Position numbers and translations under genes: made by a program
Shown here: in pieces, positions 9,630-20,638 of the stretch
Layout: the number at the start of each line of letters is the position of its first letter
How positions within the stretch are numbered: the stretch's first letter is position 1
The notes under the pieces: generated by a model
The model's database searches: none
What the model saw: only the letters and a program-made list of their open reading frames with translations
What the model was told of the DNA's origin: nothing
Assembly (NCBI GenBank): GCA_000004985.1
Contig: GG738846.1
Length of the DNA: 64,000 nt
From: Naegleria gruberi
Taxonomy: Eukaryota
Strand: one strand, 5' to 3'

Positions 9630-11674
9630 ATGTCATCAACACTATCACCAGCAACATCAAATCGTATGGAAAGGGATGCCATGGCTAGTGCTCAAGCCAA
9701 ACAAAAGATGGTTTCGTTTCATAAGAATTTATTGAGCCCTACAACAATTTCGCAAGACGAAAGTAAGAGAAGAAAATCCTCACCTCCACCCATACTTAAA
9801 AAAGAACCGAATCAAGAATTACCCAGAAAGAGAATACTCTCAATCGCAAGCGGTACGGATGAATTACATAAGCAGTCGGCAAGTGGTCTCATTTCCAATC
9901 TAGTCTCACAATTAGAAAAACAGGGAAAAACAACTGAGCAAAGTGTTGTTGTAAACAACAATTCAAAACCAATTTCAAAAAAGCTAAATGAAATGAGTAA
10001 TGAAAATTCATCATGTTCAATTAATGGTGTGATGCAACTTGTTTCTGATATTGTAAAATTATGTGAATTTTTAAAAGATTCAAAATTGAAAAAAAATGGA
10101 CAATTAATTTATGACAGATTATCTCATATTAAGGTAAGTTTTGTTTTTTTACATTACGGACTCTAAAATTAAAATTACAGGATGAAATTACAAATTGGGA
10201 TAAGAAAATTGATGAAAATGATGAAAAAATTTCCAAGGCTATTCATTTATTGAAATCTCAACTTGGTGATGTCTATCAATTATTGTTGAAAATACAAAAG
10301 AGTAATTGGTTTGTAGATTTGAGATTTGCAAAAAAGGCCAAAAAATTAACAAATGAATTAGATAATGTGACAACGTTATTGGGTTTAAGTATTTCCTATC
10401 TTAAATCTTCAAAGGAAACTATTGATATTAATGTTTATGAGGTTGACCATAGAAATAACTTGGCATTGGAAGGTGACAAGTATTATTTAGGACATGGAGT
10501 GAGTCAAAATTATGAAACAGCTTTCAACTTCTATTTACAAGCAGCCAATCTAGACGAACCAAGATGTCAATACATTATTGGGACTATGCACATTGAAGGA
10601 AAGGGAATTGAGCAGAATGGAAGAAAAGGAGTCAAATGGATTCTCAAATCTTCAATGCAAAATTACGCAGATGCTCTTAATCAGATGGGTATTTACTATG
10701 AGAAGGGATTCATTGTTGAAGTTAATTATCCACTTGCAGCAAAATTCTATTGTAAAGCTAGTCAATTGTCACATTTGGATGGTATGACAAATTATGCCGC
10801 TTTCCTTAGACAAGGAAAAGGAACTGAGAAGAATATTCAAAAAGCACTATCACTTCTCATAAAGGCTTGTGAGAAGAATTACGATAAGGCTCAAAATGAA
10901 TTGGGATTCATGTACTATAAGGGATTAGGAGTTGATCAAAATACAAAGCAAGCAGTTGAATTATTTACAATGGCAGCAGATAGGGGGAATGCGGTAGCTC
11001 TGAATAATCTTGGAATATCCTATGAGGATGGCATGGGTGTGGTTAGAGATTATGCCAAGGCAACTGTGTGTTATGAACAATCTGTAGAGCTTGGTAATGT
11101 AAATGCACTCAACAATTTAGGATATATTAAATTGTTACAACATGATTATGAGAGTGCATTGGATTTGTTTCATAAGGCAGCTGATAGATGTAGTGCAGAT
11201 GCCATGTATAATCTTTCAAATGTTTACAGAAAGGGATTAGGGGTGAGTGCAGACATTTCAATCTCAATCAAATATTTACACAAAGCTGCTGCTAATGGTC
11301 ATGTCAAATCTCAAAAAATGTTGGGAGATTTGTTCTATTCTGGTTTGGAAAATGTTGTCGAGAAGGATAAGAAACAAGCAGCAAGCTTCTACTATAAGGC
11401 TGGTGTTAATGGTGATGCAGAGAGTTGTAACTCTCTTGGATGCATGTATGAGGATGGATGTGAAGATGTTTTAGAGAGAAATGAAGAAACAGCTTTTAAA
11501 TGGTTCAGAAAAGCCTCTGATTTGGGCTCAGAGAATGGAATGGTCAACCTGGCGAGCATTTACGAGAGGAGAAACCAAACAGATCAAGCTGTCAAGCTTC
11601 TCAAAAGAGCTTCATCACTGGGTAATCAAAAAGCACTTGAAAAATTAGAATCCTTCTCCAAGTTCAATATGTAA
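9630..11674 (+). CDS. Sel1-repeat (TPR-like) protein of about 666 aa. Two exons: 9630-10133 and 10181-11674.
   Basis: The two ORFs are in the same frame after removing a 47 bp intron (GTAAGT...AAATTACAG). The C-terminal two-thirds is a run of Sel1 repeats (...ALNNLGISYEDGMGV..., ...AMYNLSNVYRKGLGV..., ...NSLGCMYEDGCED...). Confidence 0.6.
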
Positions 11675-11839
11675 TTTTTCTAAAATATTTCCAAAGTTGT
11701 AAAATATAATAATTGTGTATTTAAATTATATCCAAAATATTGTCGTCATTTTTAAATATCGTTTCCATATGAAGCAGTTCTTCTTTTTAATGAACATCCA
11801 CAACATTATTCCATACTATTAACAGTGAATAAATCAAAA

Positions 11840-12304
11840 TTATTTTTCTTTTGGAAGTTCTCCTTCTTTGATCTTGTCAATAAATTGATTCATCTTGGTT
11901 GGGGTTGGCAATAATCCAGGATGGTGTTGGAAATACTTTTCCTTAAATTCTTTGACCTTTATATCTCTTTGATACTGTGTATTATAAGTAATAGATGATG
12001 GATTTGGTTAGATTAATGAAAATTTTAATATGATGATAATAGTAATTTATTAGTAAATAATTTCAAATTATATGTTATTTCTCTAATCAAGTAAAATCAT
12101 AATACGTACCGAAACGGTTTCCAAATATTCATAGTCCTCTCTTGAAATGTTATTGAAAATATAAATTGCGGAGAACATAATACCAGCCAAAGCAAAACCC
12201 ATAACACCAGTCTTGGCAATAATTCTCGGAATAAACTTCTTCTCCAATTGTTTGAACATTTCAGGAGTAATCTCTGGTGGTGTTTGTTGTTGGTGTGGAT
12301 TCAT
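11840..12304 (-). CDS. COX16: COX16-like cytochrome c oxidase assembly protein, 109 aa. Two exons: 12110-12304 and 11840-11974.
   Basis: Single transmembrane segment (AKTGVMGFALAGIMFSAIYIF). A GTACGT donor, 135 bp intron and CACAG acceptor join it to ...SYQRDIKVKEFKE, which resembles the COX16 motif KYEQRDRKVQEM. Assignment is by motif recall only. Confidence 0.4.
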
Positions 12305-12518
12305 TTTTATTATTATTTGTAAATTCAATTAATTATATAAATATTATTATAAATATTATTTAATCAACAACAGTTTCATGCGTTTTAACATCAAAAACTG
12401 CTAACATTTGTAATAATACACTTCAATTACAAACCCGTTACATTTTCATTAGATTTAATTCTTCTAATCTCATCCCATTCTTTCTTCATCACATAAAAAT
12501 TTGAATATTGAAAAAAAA

Positions 12519-14309
12519 ATGGCCAACAAGAATAACAAGAAGGAAAAGACAATTGTTGAAAAGGTAGAAGAACAAGTTGTGGATGATGCTTCCAGTTCTT
12601 CTTCGGAAGAGGAAATTCCACAAGAAGAAATTGATGAAAAACAAATTATTGACAAGGTTGAATCTACACTCGAAGATGATCCATTGAACAGAATCAAAAA
12701 ATCAAATGATGAAGATTTGGATGATAAAGATAAATTCTTGAAGAGTTTCCTCTTTAAACAAGGATGGATTTTTGATTACGAAAAGAATGGTGATAGATAT
12801 AAACAACAAGCTCATGATTTGGACAAGGGAGATATGTTGGATGATCAATTTAATGAGTTAGATATTGAATCTCAAAGAATTAATTTAGAAAATTCAAAGA
12901 TTGGTACTAATCTTCCAGAAAAACAAGTTGAAGAAGATAATGAAGAAGAGGAAGAAGAGGAAGAAGAACCAAAAGAATCAGAAGAAATCAAAAATATTGA
13001 ACCCACCTCCACTTCTACACCATCAGAAAAAACTGAAAAATCTGACAGTGAATCCGAAAATAGTGAATCTGATGATGCTTCAAGTGATTCAGATGAAGAT
13101 TCTGACAGTTCTGATGATAAAAAAGAACACAAATCAGAACGTGAAAGAAAGGATTCTAAAAAGAAGAGAAAGAGAAAAGCCAAGAATGAAAAGATTAAAG
13201 AACAAATCGAGTCTGTAAAGAAGGAATATAACGAAAAGGCTGAAAAGATTAAAAAGGAAATTTTGGAACTCGTCTTTAAATTAAAGGATTTGATTAAGGG
13301 TGATGGATCAATTGTAGATAAATTAAAAATCTCAAAGAATGATGATGTCGATCAAGTTTGGGAATTAGTTGAAAAGAAAAAAGTTATTGAAGAATTTGCC
13401 AAGTCAGAAGCAGAAGAGGACGACGATGATTTTATGGAAGATGATGAAGGAGATGCTAATTTGGATAGTCCAATCAAAATTAAGAGAAAGATTAATAGAC
13501 TCTTTGAAAATTACTATGATTCATTCTTTGAGGATGTAAATGCAGCAACTGGTGACACTTACAAATTTAAATACAAGAATGTTGACAAGACTTCTTGCGG
13601 ATTATCAGTTGATGATATTCTCAATTTGGAAGATGATGATTTGGATAAAATTGTACCAATCAAACATTTGGTAAGATACGATTACAAGGAACCAGATAAC
13701 AAGATTAAAAAGGATATCCACTTCAAGTTGAAAGAAATTAAGACTGAAAAGGGATTGTTAAAAAAGAAAGATGAAAGAGCGCTCAGATTCAAGACTGGCA
13801 GCTTTACAGGAAGTGGTATCAAGGATAAGAAGAAGAATAATAATCAAAAAGATGAAACTGAAAAGAAAAATCCAAAGAGTAACAACAACAGACAAAACAA
13901 GAAGGATAGAAATGAAGGTGATTCCTCTGAGCAAACTAGGCAACACAACAACAAGCACGAAAAGAAGCCTCGACAAGATAAGAAGAGAAAGCAACAAGAA
14001 ACCTCTACTACACCTTCTGAAACCAAGGACTCAACCAAGCAACCAATGTTGAAGAAAAAGAAGGTTGACATTTCCAAATTCGCTGATAAAGATAGCTACA
14101 GTCAGGAGAAGGATTATGTACCAATGAAGAATACTAATGTTCCAAAGAAACCAAAGCAACAACCAATAGTGGAGAAGCCTGTAGTGGTGCCAATAAGTGA
14201 AGCAACTACTACTTCAGAGCAAAACCCAGACATGAAAAAGAAGAGAAAGAGAGGTAAGGGTGGTAAAAAGAAGGGTAATACAAATGCTGTTGAAACCTCA
14301 GAGGAATAA
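12519..14309 (+). CDS. KRI1: KRI1-like nucleolar protein: acidic Ser/Asp-rich N-terminus, Lys-rich tail, Kri1 C-terminal-like segment.
   Basis: The single ORF starts at the ATG at 12519 in an A-rich context (the track start at 12501 is a TTG). The segment DTYKFKYKNVDKTSCGLSVDDILNLEDDDLDKIVPIKHLVRYDYKE matches the Kri1 C-terminal domain pattern (RFKYr.V.p..fGLt.eEIL.add.eLN..v.LKk...YR). Long acidic SD/E and basic K tracts are typical of nucleolar proteins. Confidence 0.45.
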   Translation: MANKNNKKEKTIVEKVEEQVVDDASSSSSEEEIPQEEIDEKQIIDKVESTLEDDPLNRIKKSNDEDLDDKDKFLKSFLFKQGWIFDYEKNGDRYKQQAHDLDKGDMLDDQFNELDIESQRINLENSKIGTNLPEKQVEEDNEEEEEEEEEPKESEEIKNIEPTSTSTPSEKTEKSDSESENSESDDASSDSDEDSDSSDDKKEHKSERERKDSKKKRKRKAKNEKIKEQIESVKKEYNEKAEKIKKEILELVFKLKDLIKGDGSIVDKLKISKNDDVDQVWELVEKKKVIEEFAKSEAEEDDDDFMEDDEGDANLDSPIKIKRKINRLFENYYDSFFEDVNAATGDTYKFKYKNVDKTSCGLSVDDILNLEDDDLDKIVPIKHLVRYDYKEPDNKIKKDIHFKLKEIKTEKGLLKKKDERALRFKTGSFTGSGIKDKKKNNNQKDETEKKNPKSNNNRQNKKDRNEGDSSEQTRQHNNKHEKKPRQDKKRKQQETSTTPSETKDSTKQPMLKKKKVDISKFADKDSYSQEKDYVPMKNTNVPKKPKQQPIVEKPVVVPISEATTTSEQNPDMKKKRKRGKGGKKKGNTNAVETSEE

Positions 14310-14384
14310 ACGTGACATTATTTATTAATTATTTCAACACATGCATTTTTGATAATAAATTAGTTTATTTTGTACACTTTTTAT

Positions 14385-16532
14385 CTAAACATTAATGTGC
14401 TCCAGTAAATTACAGTCATAGTTGAACTGTTTTGTAGAGTTACCATTGTTGATTGTTAGGTGAATACTAGAGTCCACGCATGAAATATCAATATCATACC
14501 CTTCTTGGTGTATCGAGTTATTGCTTGATATTATTGTTTGCCTAATATTAAGAGATAAGGATTCAAACTCTTCCTTTTCATCTTCGTTCAATTTACATTT
14601 TGTGATATTGATAATTCTCTTTGGATTGGATTTAGATCTTAGTATTTTGATTTCCTTAACGAACAAGCTCATGAACTGTATCAGACTAGACATTGTAGGA
14701 ACAATGGTTGGAAGGTATGCATTATGATTATACTTCTTGACAACATTTACAATGTGACATTCAATCAATTTGAATAGATTATTCTCCACCTCATCATACC
14801 CCTTGCTAAGTACAAAGGCAGGAGGTGTAATGCTGATATTATTGATTGTAAAGTCTTTTGGATGAAACTTGATATTGACTCCAAGCTTTTTGGATTCGTA
14901 TGGGAAACTGAAATGCAATGTGGAGTGTTTTCTATCTACAGTAAAAGGTACAAACTTTGTCTTGAATAGGTTCAACAAGTTTGGATGAGAAATGAGTAAA
15001 TCTTGTGCAGAAATTGTAAATCTCTGTGTGGATCTTCTCTTTCTAAACTTGATTTCATTAGATGACTTTTCAGATGAAATGATAATACTTGAAGGCTTGA
15101 CTTCCCTAGTTGTTGTGGTGGTTGTTGGGATAACTCTATCTGATTTGATAGTTTGTGGTTGGACAATAATTTCTGTCTTTTTCTTTTCCATAATTTTCTT
15201 TTCGCGTTGTTGAGCCACTTCTGATTGCAGATTTTGAAGCAAGTATTCATAGTGTTGAATGTATTGATCAACATATTTGATTTGATCATCAAGTTTGAGG
15301 ATATCCTTATTCAGTAAATCCTGTTGAACGTTTTGTAATTCTGATTTGATTTTCAATTTTTCAATAGTGGCTCCAGTCTTTGCAGTTTGGATTGAATAAC
15401 GAACATTGTTCTGAATATCTAAATTCTTTGGTCTAGTCATGACACTTCTGATAATCTTTGGTTCATTATATTTGAAAGCATCTTCCTTATCTAAAATTTC
15501 CTTCTCCATTACCTCAATCTTTTTTCTAGTTTGTGTAACAACTTTTTGTAACGATTCATTAGATATCTTTGCTGTAGTGTATTTGGAAATGATCTCTTCA
15601 CTTGGCAAATTAATATTCAAGCTCTTTCTACTTTGTGGGATGATTGACTTTCTGTCAGTAATAGTTGTGAGGAATCTAATCGACAAATGTGACCAAAAAT
15701 CAGAAAGAGTGTACTTTGCATTCTCATCAACTTCATCTGCATCCATAAGAATACTATTAGAAAGGTTCTTGAAAATTGAGAAATAGTCTGGCATTACAAT
15801 GTCAGCATTCGATGTCATCAAAATACTGTTATTCTTGGTAGTAGGAACACTGGTGATACTATTAGCTGCAAAGGTGGATGATGCTGGTACTATTGCAAGT
15901 AAAGAATCATTGATTTGAGAATTGTTATTCGAAATTGGTTGAGAGATTGATCTATCCATTAATGAAAAATTAACATCACCATCCTCGTCATCGTCATCAT
16001 ATCCAAATAAGAAGGAGGCATCTGGTATTGCTGGAGCAGGAGTTGGATCATATTCTTCATGGTGCGTGGAGCTTACGGTTTGGGAAGAGGTCATTTGTAA
16101 CAAGTTGAAAGAGGGTTTGTGACTTGAAGGTTGTTTAGAGTTTTGGCCTCCATTAGAGGATGAGACAATAAGAGAGCTAGCAGTACTTGTGGATGGTTGA
16201 GATTTCTTCGTGGAATCGTCAATAATGGAGACATTTCCATTGATGATAGTGGTAAATTCCATTGTTTGATCTTCATAAACCATTCCATTATCATTTACAT
16301 AGTCAGTAAAATCCATTGTTACATTTTCATCATCACCATCAAATAAATTCTTGTTAAGCGATTTTTTTCTAAATTGTGTTGGACTTTTTGCAGGTTCAAA
16401 GACTTGCACTTCTGGATTTTTTGTTGAGAAGGATACACGTCTTATTCTCTTCTTGTCCTGCTTTATTGGAGGTGAGGAAAGATGAATGGAGGATGCTGTA
16501 AAGGTCTTGCGTGGGTTGCCCTTTCTTTTCAT
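14385..16532 (-). CDS. KNL1: Kinetochore scaffold KNL1/Spc105/Spc7-like protein, 715 aa.
   Basis: The N-terminus has the PP1-docking pair SSIHLSSPP (SILK-like) ... KKRIRRVSFSTKNPEVQVFEP (RVSF, compare human RRVSFADTIKVF). It is followed by MELT-like motifs (MDFT, MEFT), a central Ser-rich region, a coiled coil (LQNVQQDLLNKDILKLDDQIKYVDQYIQ...) and a C-terminal globular region consistent with RWD domains. Confidence 0.55.
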   Translation of the reverse strand: MKRKGNPRKTFTASSIHLSSPPIKQDKKRIRRVSFSTKNPEVQVFEPAKSPTQFRKKSLNKNLFDGDDENVTMDFTDYVNDNGMVYEDQTMEFTTIINGNVSIIDDSTKKSQPSTSTASSLIVSSSNGGQNSKQPSSHKPSFNLLQMTSSQTVSSTHHEEYDPTPAPAIPDASFLFGYDDDDEDGDVNFSLMDRSISQPISNNNSQINDSLLAIVPASSTFAANSITSVPTTKNNSILMTSNADIVMPDYFSIFKNLSNSILMDADEVDENAKYTLSDFWSHLSIRFLTTITDRKSIIPQSRKSLNINLPSEEIISKYTTAKISNESLQKVVTQTRKKIEVMEKEILDKEDAFKYNEPKIIRSVMTRPKNLDIQNNVRYSIQTAKTGATIEKLKIKSELQNVQQDLLNKDILKLDDQIKYVDQYIQHYEYLLQNLQSEVAQQREKKIMEKKKTEIIVQPQTIKSDRVIPTTTTTTREVKPSSIIISSEKSSNEIKFRKRRSTQRFTISAQDLLISHPNLLNLFKTKFVPFTVDRKHSTLHFSFPYESKKLGVNIKFHPKDFTINNISITPPAFVLSKGYDEVENNLFKLIECHIVNVVKKYNHNAYLPTIVPTMSSLIQFMSLFVKEIKILRSKSNPKRIINITKCKLNEDEKEEFESLSLNIRQTIISSNNSIHQEGYDIDISCVDSSIHLTINNGNSTKQFNYDCNLLEHINV

Positions 16533-16721
16533 TTTTTTGTTAAAATATTTGATAACAATTAGATTATTTTTGGATTTAAAAATTTGTGAAACGGCTTTTT
16601 TGGCGGGAAATTATCCCTCTCATTTTTCTACTATATTTAAAATTGTTAAAATTCTTAATTTGACTTGAAGATTGTTCTAATAAATTTTGTACAAAATTCT
16701 CAAATGATTGAGTAGATCGAT

Positions 16722-18013
16722 TTATTGAGTACCGCATTGAACGCCTTGTCCTCCACGACGTTCATATTCATCATCACTATCGTATTGGCTCTTGTGGTCA
16801 TTATTTTGAGAAAGGTCAGCTTCTTGCAAAAAGACTTCTTCTACATTGTCAGCTGATTCATCCATGACATCAGCAGCATTAGCCTTCTTACCCAAAATAG
16901 AGGAGAGTTGTTGGTGGAGCTTTTCTGGAATTTGTTCTGGGAATTCAACTTCAAATTCAATGTACAAGTTACCCTTTTGGAATGGGGATCTGTGGATTGG
17001 GAAACCTTCCTTAGCAATTTGCATAACCATACCTGGTTTAATAATTTGGTTTGGTTTCGATCGGACAATAAGAGTTCTACCATCCAAATGCTTTACGCTA
17101 AATTCAACACCTGTCAAGGCTTCCAACAAGTTAATCTTCTTCTTAATATGTAAATTATTTCCTTGTCTAGTGAAAACATGATGTGGCTTTTGTTGAACAA
17201 TAAATACAATATCACCTGGAAGAACGTCTGGTCTTTCGTCAGCTTCTCCTTCAAAAACGATTTGTTGTTGTTCCTTCATTCCAGGATCAATGTGAACTTC
17301 CAAAACTTTAACGTCATTAGTGACCTTATTTCCTTGACAATCTTTACAAATAAACTTCTTATCAATTGATTTACCAGTTCCTTCACAAACGTCACAAGGA
17401 GTGACAAATTGTTGAACAAATCCTGGTCCCATACTTCTAGTAACAACCTTTTTACCTTTACCTTGGCATGATTTACAAGTTACAACAGCGTCATCTTTAG
17501 TGGCACCAGAACCCTTACAAGAGGTACAGATACGAGTTCTAGTAACTCTAATCTTTCTAGTAGCACCATTGTATAAATCTTCCAAAGAAACTTGAATTTC
17601 GTGAGCAATAGTCTTACCCTTCTTTGGTCCGGATTGACGAGATCTACCACCTCCACCAAAGAATCCGAAACCGTCTTCACCAGCACCGAAAATGTGGCTG
17701 AAAATATCAGTTGGATCAGTAAATCCACCCATACCACCTCCTTTGAGACCTTCTTCACCATATTGGTCATAAATCTTTCTCTTTTGATCATCTGTAAGGA
17801 CTTCATAAGCATGGGCGATATCCTTAAAACGTTCTTCGTATTCTTCCTTCTTATCTTCTGGTGCTCTAATTTAAAATTTAATATTCAATAATCTATCAAT
17901 ACATACCTATCAGGGTGGTATTTGAGAGCAAGTTTCTTGTATGCGGAACGAATTTCTTGGGTACTGGCAGTTTTAGCAACACCTAAAAGTTCATAATAAT
18001 CAGAGCTTGACAT
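16722..18013 (-). CDS. YDJ1: Type I DnaJ/Hsp40 (Ydj1/DNAJA-type), 416 aa, ending in the CaaX box CGTQ. Two exons: 17907-18013 and 16722-17865.
   Basis: Exon 1 reads [35 protein letters not shown] (J domain, HPD motif). A GTATGT donor, 41 bp intron and ...AATTAG acceptor lead into [24 protein letters not shown].... After that come a G/F-rich region, four CxxCxGxG zinc-finger repeats and a C-terminal CGTQ farnesylation signal. Confidence 0.85.
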
Positions 18014-18621
18014 TGTTTATATATATTCTCGTTGGTTATTTTTTTTGAAGAGGAAATTCGTGTGTTGTCCTATTGAATTGTATCACAAGCGCCAAAATGT
18101 ATTCCATCAGCCTTGGGTTATTTTTGTTAGTGTGATTACCTTCATTCCGAATGCACAAAGGAATTTTGTTTGGTTGAAGGAAATTTTGCACTCTTTATTT
18201 TTTGTAAGGATCATCCACTTTCCGTAGTATTCCGGAGTGAATGGCATGAACAACTTGAAGACAAATGTCCTTCTTGTTGTAGCAATCAAATTACTCTTAT
18301 TATAAATAATTATTAATAATAATTAAATAGAATAATTGCAAATATTTAACATCAATAATTATTGAGTTATTTATTAATTTAGAATTTTAGCAGCTTATTT
18401 TAGTTAACAAGTTTACTCCATCTATTATCACCAGTGTTAATATTCAAAATCAAATATTGAAACTAAAGGTGTAATGATAAAGTTATTGCTTTCGGAATAA
18501 AAAGAGACTTTACTTGAAGGAAACAAATTGATTGAGAGTCGATCCGTTATTATTAAAGCCTTCAACAAAGCAATTCCACCATTAAAAAAATATTGCAATA
18601 CATATTTTCAATAACATCACC

Positions 18622-18969
18622 ATGTCTTCCGTAAGTTTTCAAATTGCAATTTGTGATAATTAATTCCGGAATGTGTTTGAATTGATAAAACAGTCAATCC
18701 GTAAATTAATTCCACTCTTCGATAGAGTCATTGTCAAGAGAATCAAGGTTGAACAAGTTGCCCAAATTCAAGGTATCTATGTTCCAGAATCCACCAAGTC
18801 AAAGAACAATCCAGAAGCTGAAGTTATTGCTGTCGGTGATAAGGCTAGTTTGACTGTTGGTGATAGAGTTTTGCTTCCTGAATATGATGGTGCTAAAGTC
18901 AAGTTTGATGGTGACCAATTCGACGTTTACAGAGAAGATGAAATCATCGCAAAGGTCACACAAAAATAA
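18622..18969 (+). CDS. HSP10: Hsp10/GroES co-chaperonin, 95 aa. Two exons: 18622-18630 and 18694-18969.
   Basis: The ATG TCT TCC is followed directly by GTAAGT. A 63 bp intron ending ...AAAACAG leads into SIRKLIPLFDRVIVKRIKVEQ...IYVPES...AEVIAVGDK...GDRVLLPEYDGAKVKFDGDQFDVYREDEIIAKV, which is the canonical cpn10 mobile-loop and roof pattern. Confidence 0.8.
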
Positions 18970-18985
18970 ACAATTTTGAAGAGTT

Positions 18986-20401
18986 TTATTCCCATAATTC
19001 AATAGTTACAATTTCAATACTGTCATCATCTCCAAATTTACATCTTACATTGACAGCATCAATTCTAAATCCATACAATTTGTCATCTCTTTTCTTCCTC
19101 ATGTATACAGGTCTTGGATCACTTTGTAAAACTTGAATGATAGCTCTTTTGATTTCATCTATTGATTTGTAAAAGGAAAGTTTAGGTAACAAAGTTTGTA
19201 GTTCTATTTCTGATTGTTGTGAAAACTTGATTTTTGATTCATCAATTTTTTGAACAAATAAATCATCTTGAATCCATTCTGGAACTCTGGTTTCTGTAAT
19301 GCTATCGTATCTTCCAATGTATGGTTTAATATCTATAATTGGTGTGCCATCTATTAAATCAGCACCACTAAGATAAATATACTTTCCTTCAATCTTTTCA
19401 ATTTTGGCTACACTTAATCCAATACTATTAGGTCTATGAGGCGTTCTGGTAGCATAAATTCCAACCTTACCATTTCCATTCATACGAGGAGGTCTAATCT
19501 TTACCTTATCTTGGCTTTCCAATGAATTTTCATGAAAAACAAACATGATGATGCAATGACTGAAATTTTCCAATCCATCCAAAGCCATGTGACCTTGTGG
19601 TATTGTCACTTCTAATTTTCCTTTACTGGAATCGACAAGACCAAATTGTCTTGGACATCCATTCTTTGTGGGAAATACCGAATGAAAAATACCAATAGAT
19701 TTCATTGAAAAGGAATAGGTTTTTGTTTTGTTATCGTAACCAGAAATGACTTCATTGTGGAGAGATTTTCCCTCTTCTTTTGTTTCTTCTGTTATTGATG
19801 ATGAAGAGGAAGTTGATGGCTCTTTCACTTTGGAAGCGATTGTTTTACGATTGAGTTTTCCGGCATAGTGAGAAGGAATATAACCCATATAGACTTGATC
19901 ATTAGGTTGTTCCATGTTGTGGGACAATACAATATCTGAATCTTGATTGTTTTCATCCCCTTCTATATGAGAAATATCTCTTTTTACCCCTTTTTTCTCC
20001 TTTTTCTGTTTTGAAATACTTGTCCAAAGTGATGGTGCAATAATAACATGTCTCCATTCTCCTTTCTCAAATTCTTCAATAGAAAATAATTTTGTTCCCT
20101 TTTCCAAACATTTCAAAATAACATCATCATTACTTTCCAAATTATTTGGGATTTTTCCATATAATTTACAAGGTTTTTGGATAATATGGGATGGTTCAAT
20201 ATCGGAAATGCTCTTTTCAAATTCTTGAACACTATTTTCCTCCGATCCAAGTAGTACTTCTTGCTGTGAAGACTCTCTATCGAGAGAAATATATTTCATA
20301 GCAAGGGGATAATATTGACAAATGTTTTTTAAAAATTGCTTTTCGGAAGAGACATTTTTGAATTGTACTAGACGAAAGAGAGACTGTTTGGTTGTGTTCA
20401 T
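18986..20401 (-). CDS. TRMO: TrmO/TsaA-family tRNA methyltransferase-like protein, 471 aa, with a long N-terminal extension.
   Basis: The C-terminal half carries the TsaA/YaeB fold signature ...SIGIFHSVFPTKNGCPRQFGLV...RPPRMNGNGKVGIYATRTPHRPNSIGLSVAKIEKIEGKYIYLSGADLIDGTPIIDIKPY.... Confidence 0.6.
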   Translation of the reverse strand: MNTTKQSLFRLVQFKNVSSEKQFLKNICQYYPLAMKYISLDRESSQQEVLLGSEENSVQEFEKSISDIEPSHIIQKPCKLYGKIPNNLESNDDVILKCLEKGTKLFSIEEFEKGEWRHVIIAPSLWTSISKQKKEKKGVKRDISHIEGDENNQDSDIVLSHNMEQPNDQVYMGYIPSHYAGKLNRKTIASKVKEPSTSSSSSITEETKEEGKSLHNEVISGYDNKTKTYSFSMKSIGIFHSVFPTKNGCPRQFGLVDSSKGKLEVTIPQGHMALDGLENFSHCIIMFVFHENSLESQDKVKIRPPRMNGNGKVGIYATRTPHRPNSIGLSVAKIEKIEGKYIYLSGADLIDGTPIIDIKPYIGRYDSITETRVPEWIQDDLFVQKIDESKIKFSQQSEIELQTLLPKLSFYKSIDEIKRAIIQVLQSDPRPVYMRKKRDDKLYGFRIDAVNVRCKFGDDDSIEIVTIELWE

Positions 20402-20638
20402 TTTTTTGAAGTGGTAATAAATTAAAACATTTATTTTCTAAAACAAATATTTAATAAAATTGTTTAAAACATTCATTTTGAATATTGGTTTAAATAAAAA
20501 TGTTAGAAATAATAGTTTAAAGTAATTTAAAATATAGATACTAATTAAGTCTAACGATTCAAAATTTAACTCAATATTAAAAAGGAAACTCCATGAAATT
20601 CTCTTTCTAAGTACTAGATAGAGTTATCATAGAGAATA

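Noticed and set aside
12470-14077. Multiple small ORFs overlapping KRI1 on both strands (for example 12872-13183 and 13844-14077).
   Set aside because: They arise from low-complexity GAA/GAT/AAG repeat coding sequence, which stays open in several frames. There are no motifs and no independent start context.
18014-18621. Explicit heat-shock elements in the DnaJ/Hsp10 intergenic region.
   Set aside because: Only imperfect GAA/TTC alternations are present, and none shows three correctly spaced nGAAn units. This is kept only as a low-confidence promoter hypothesis.
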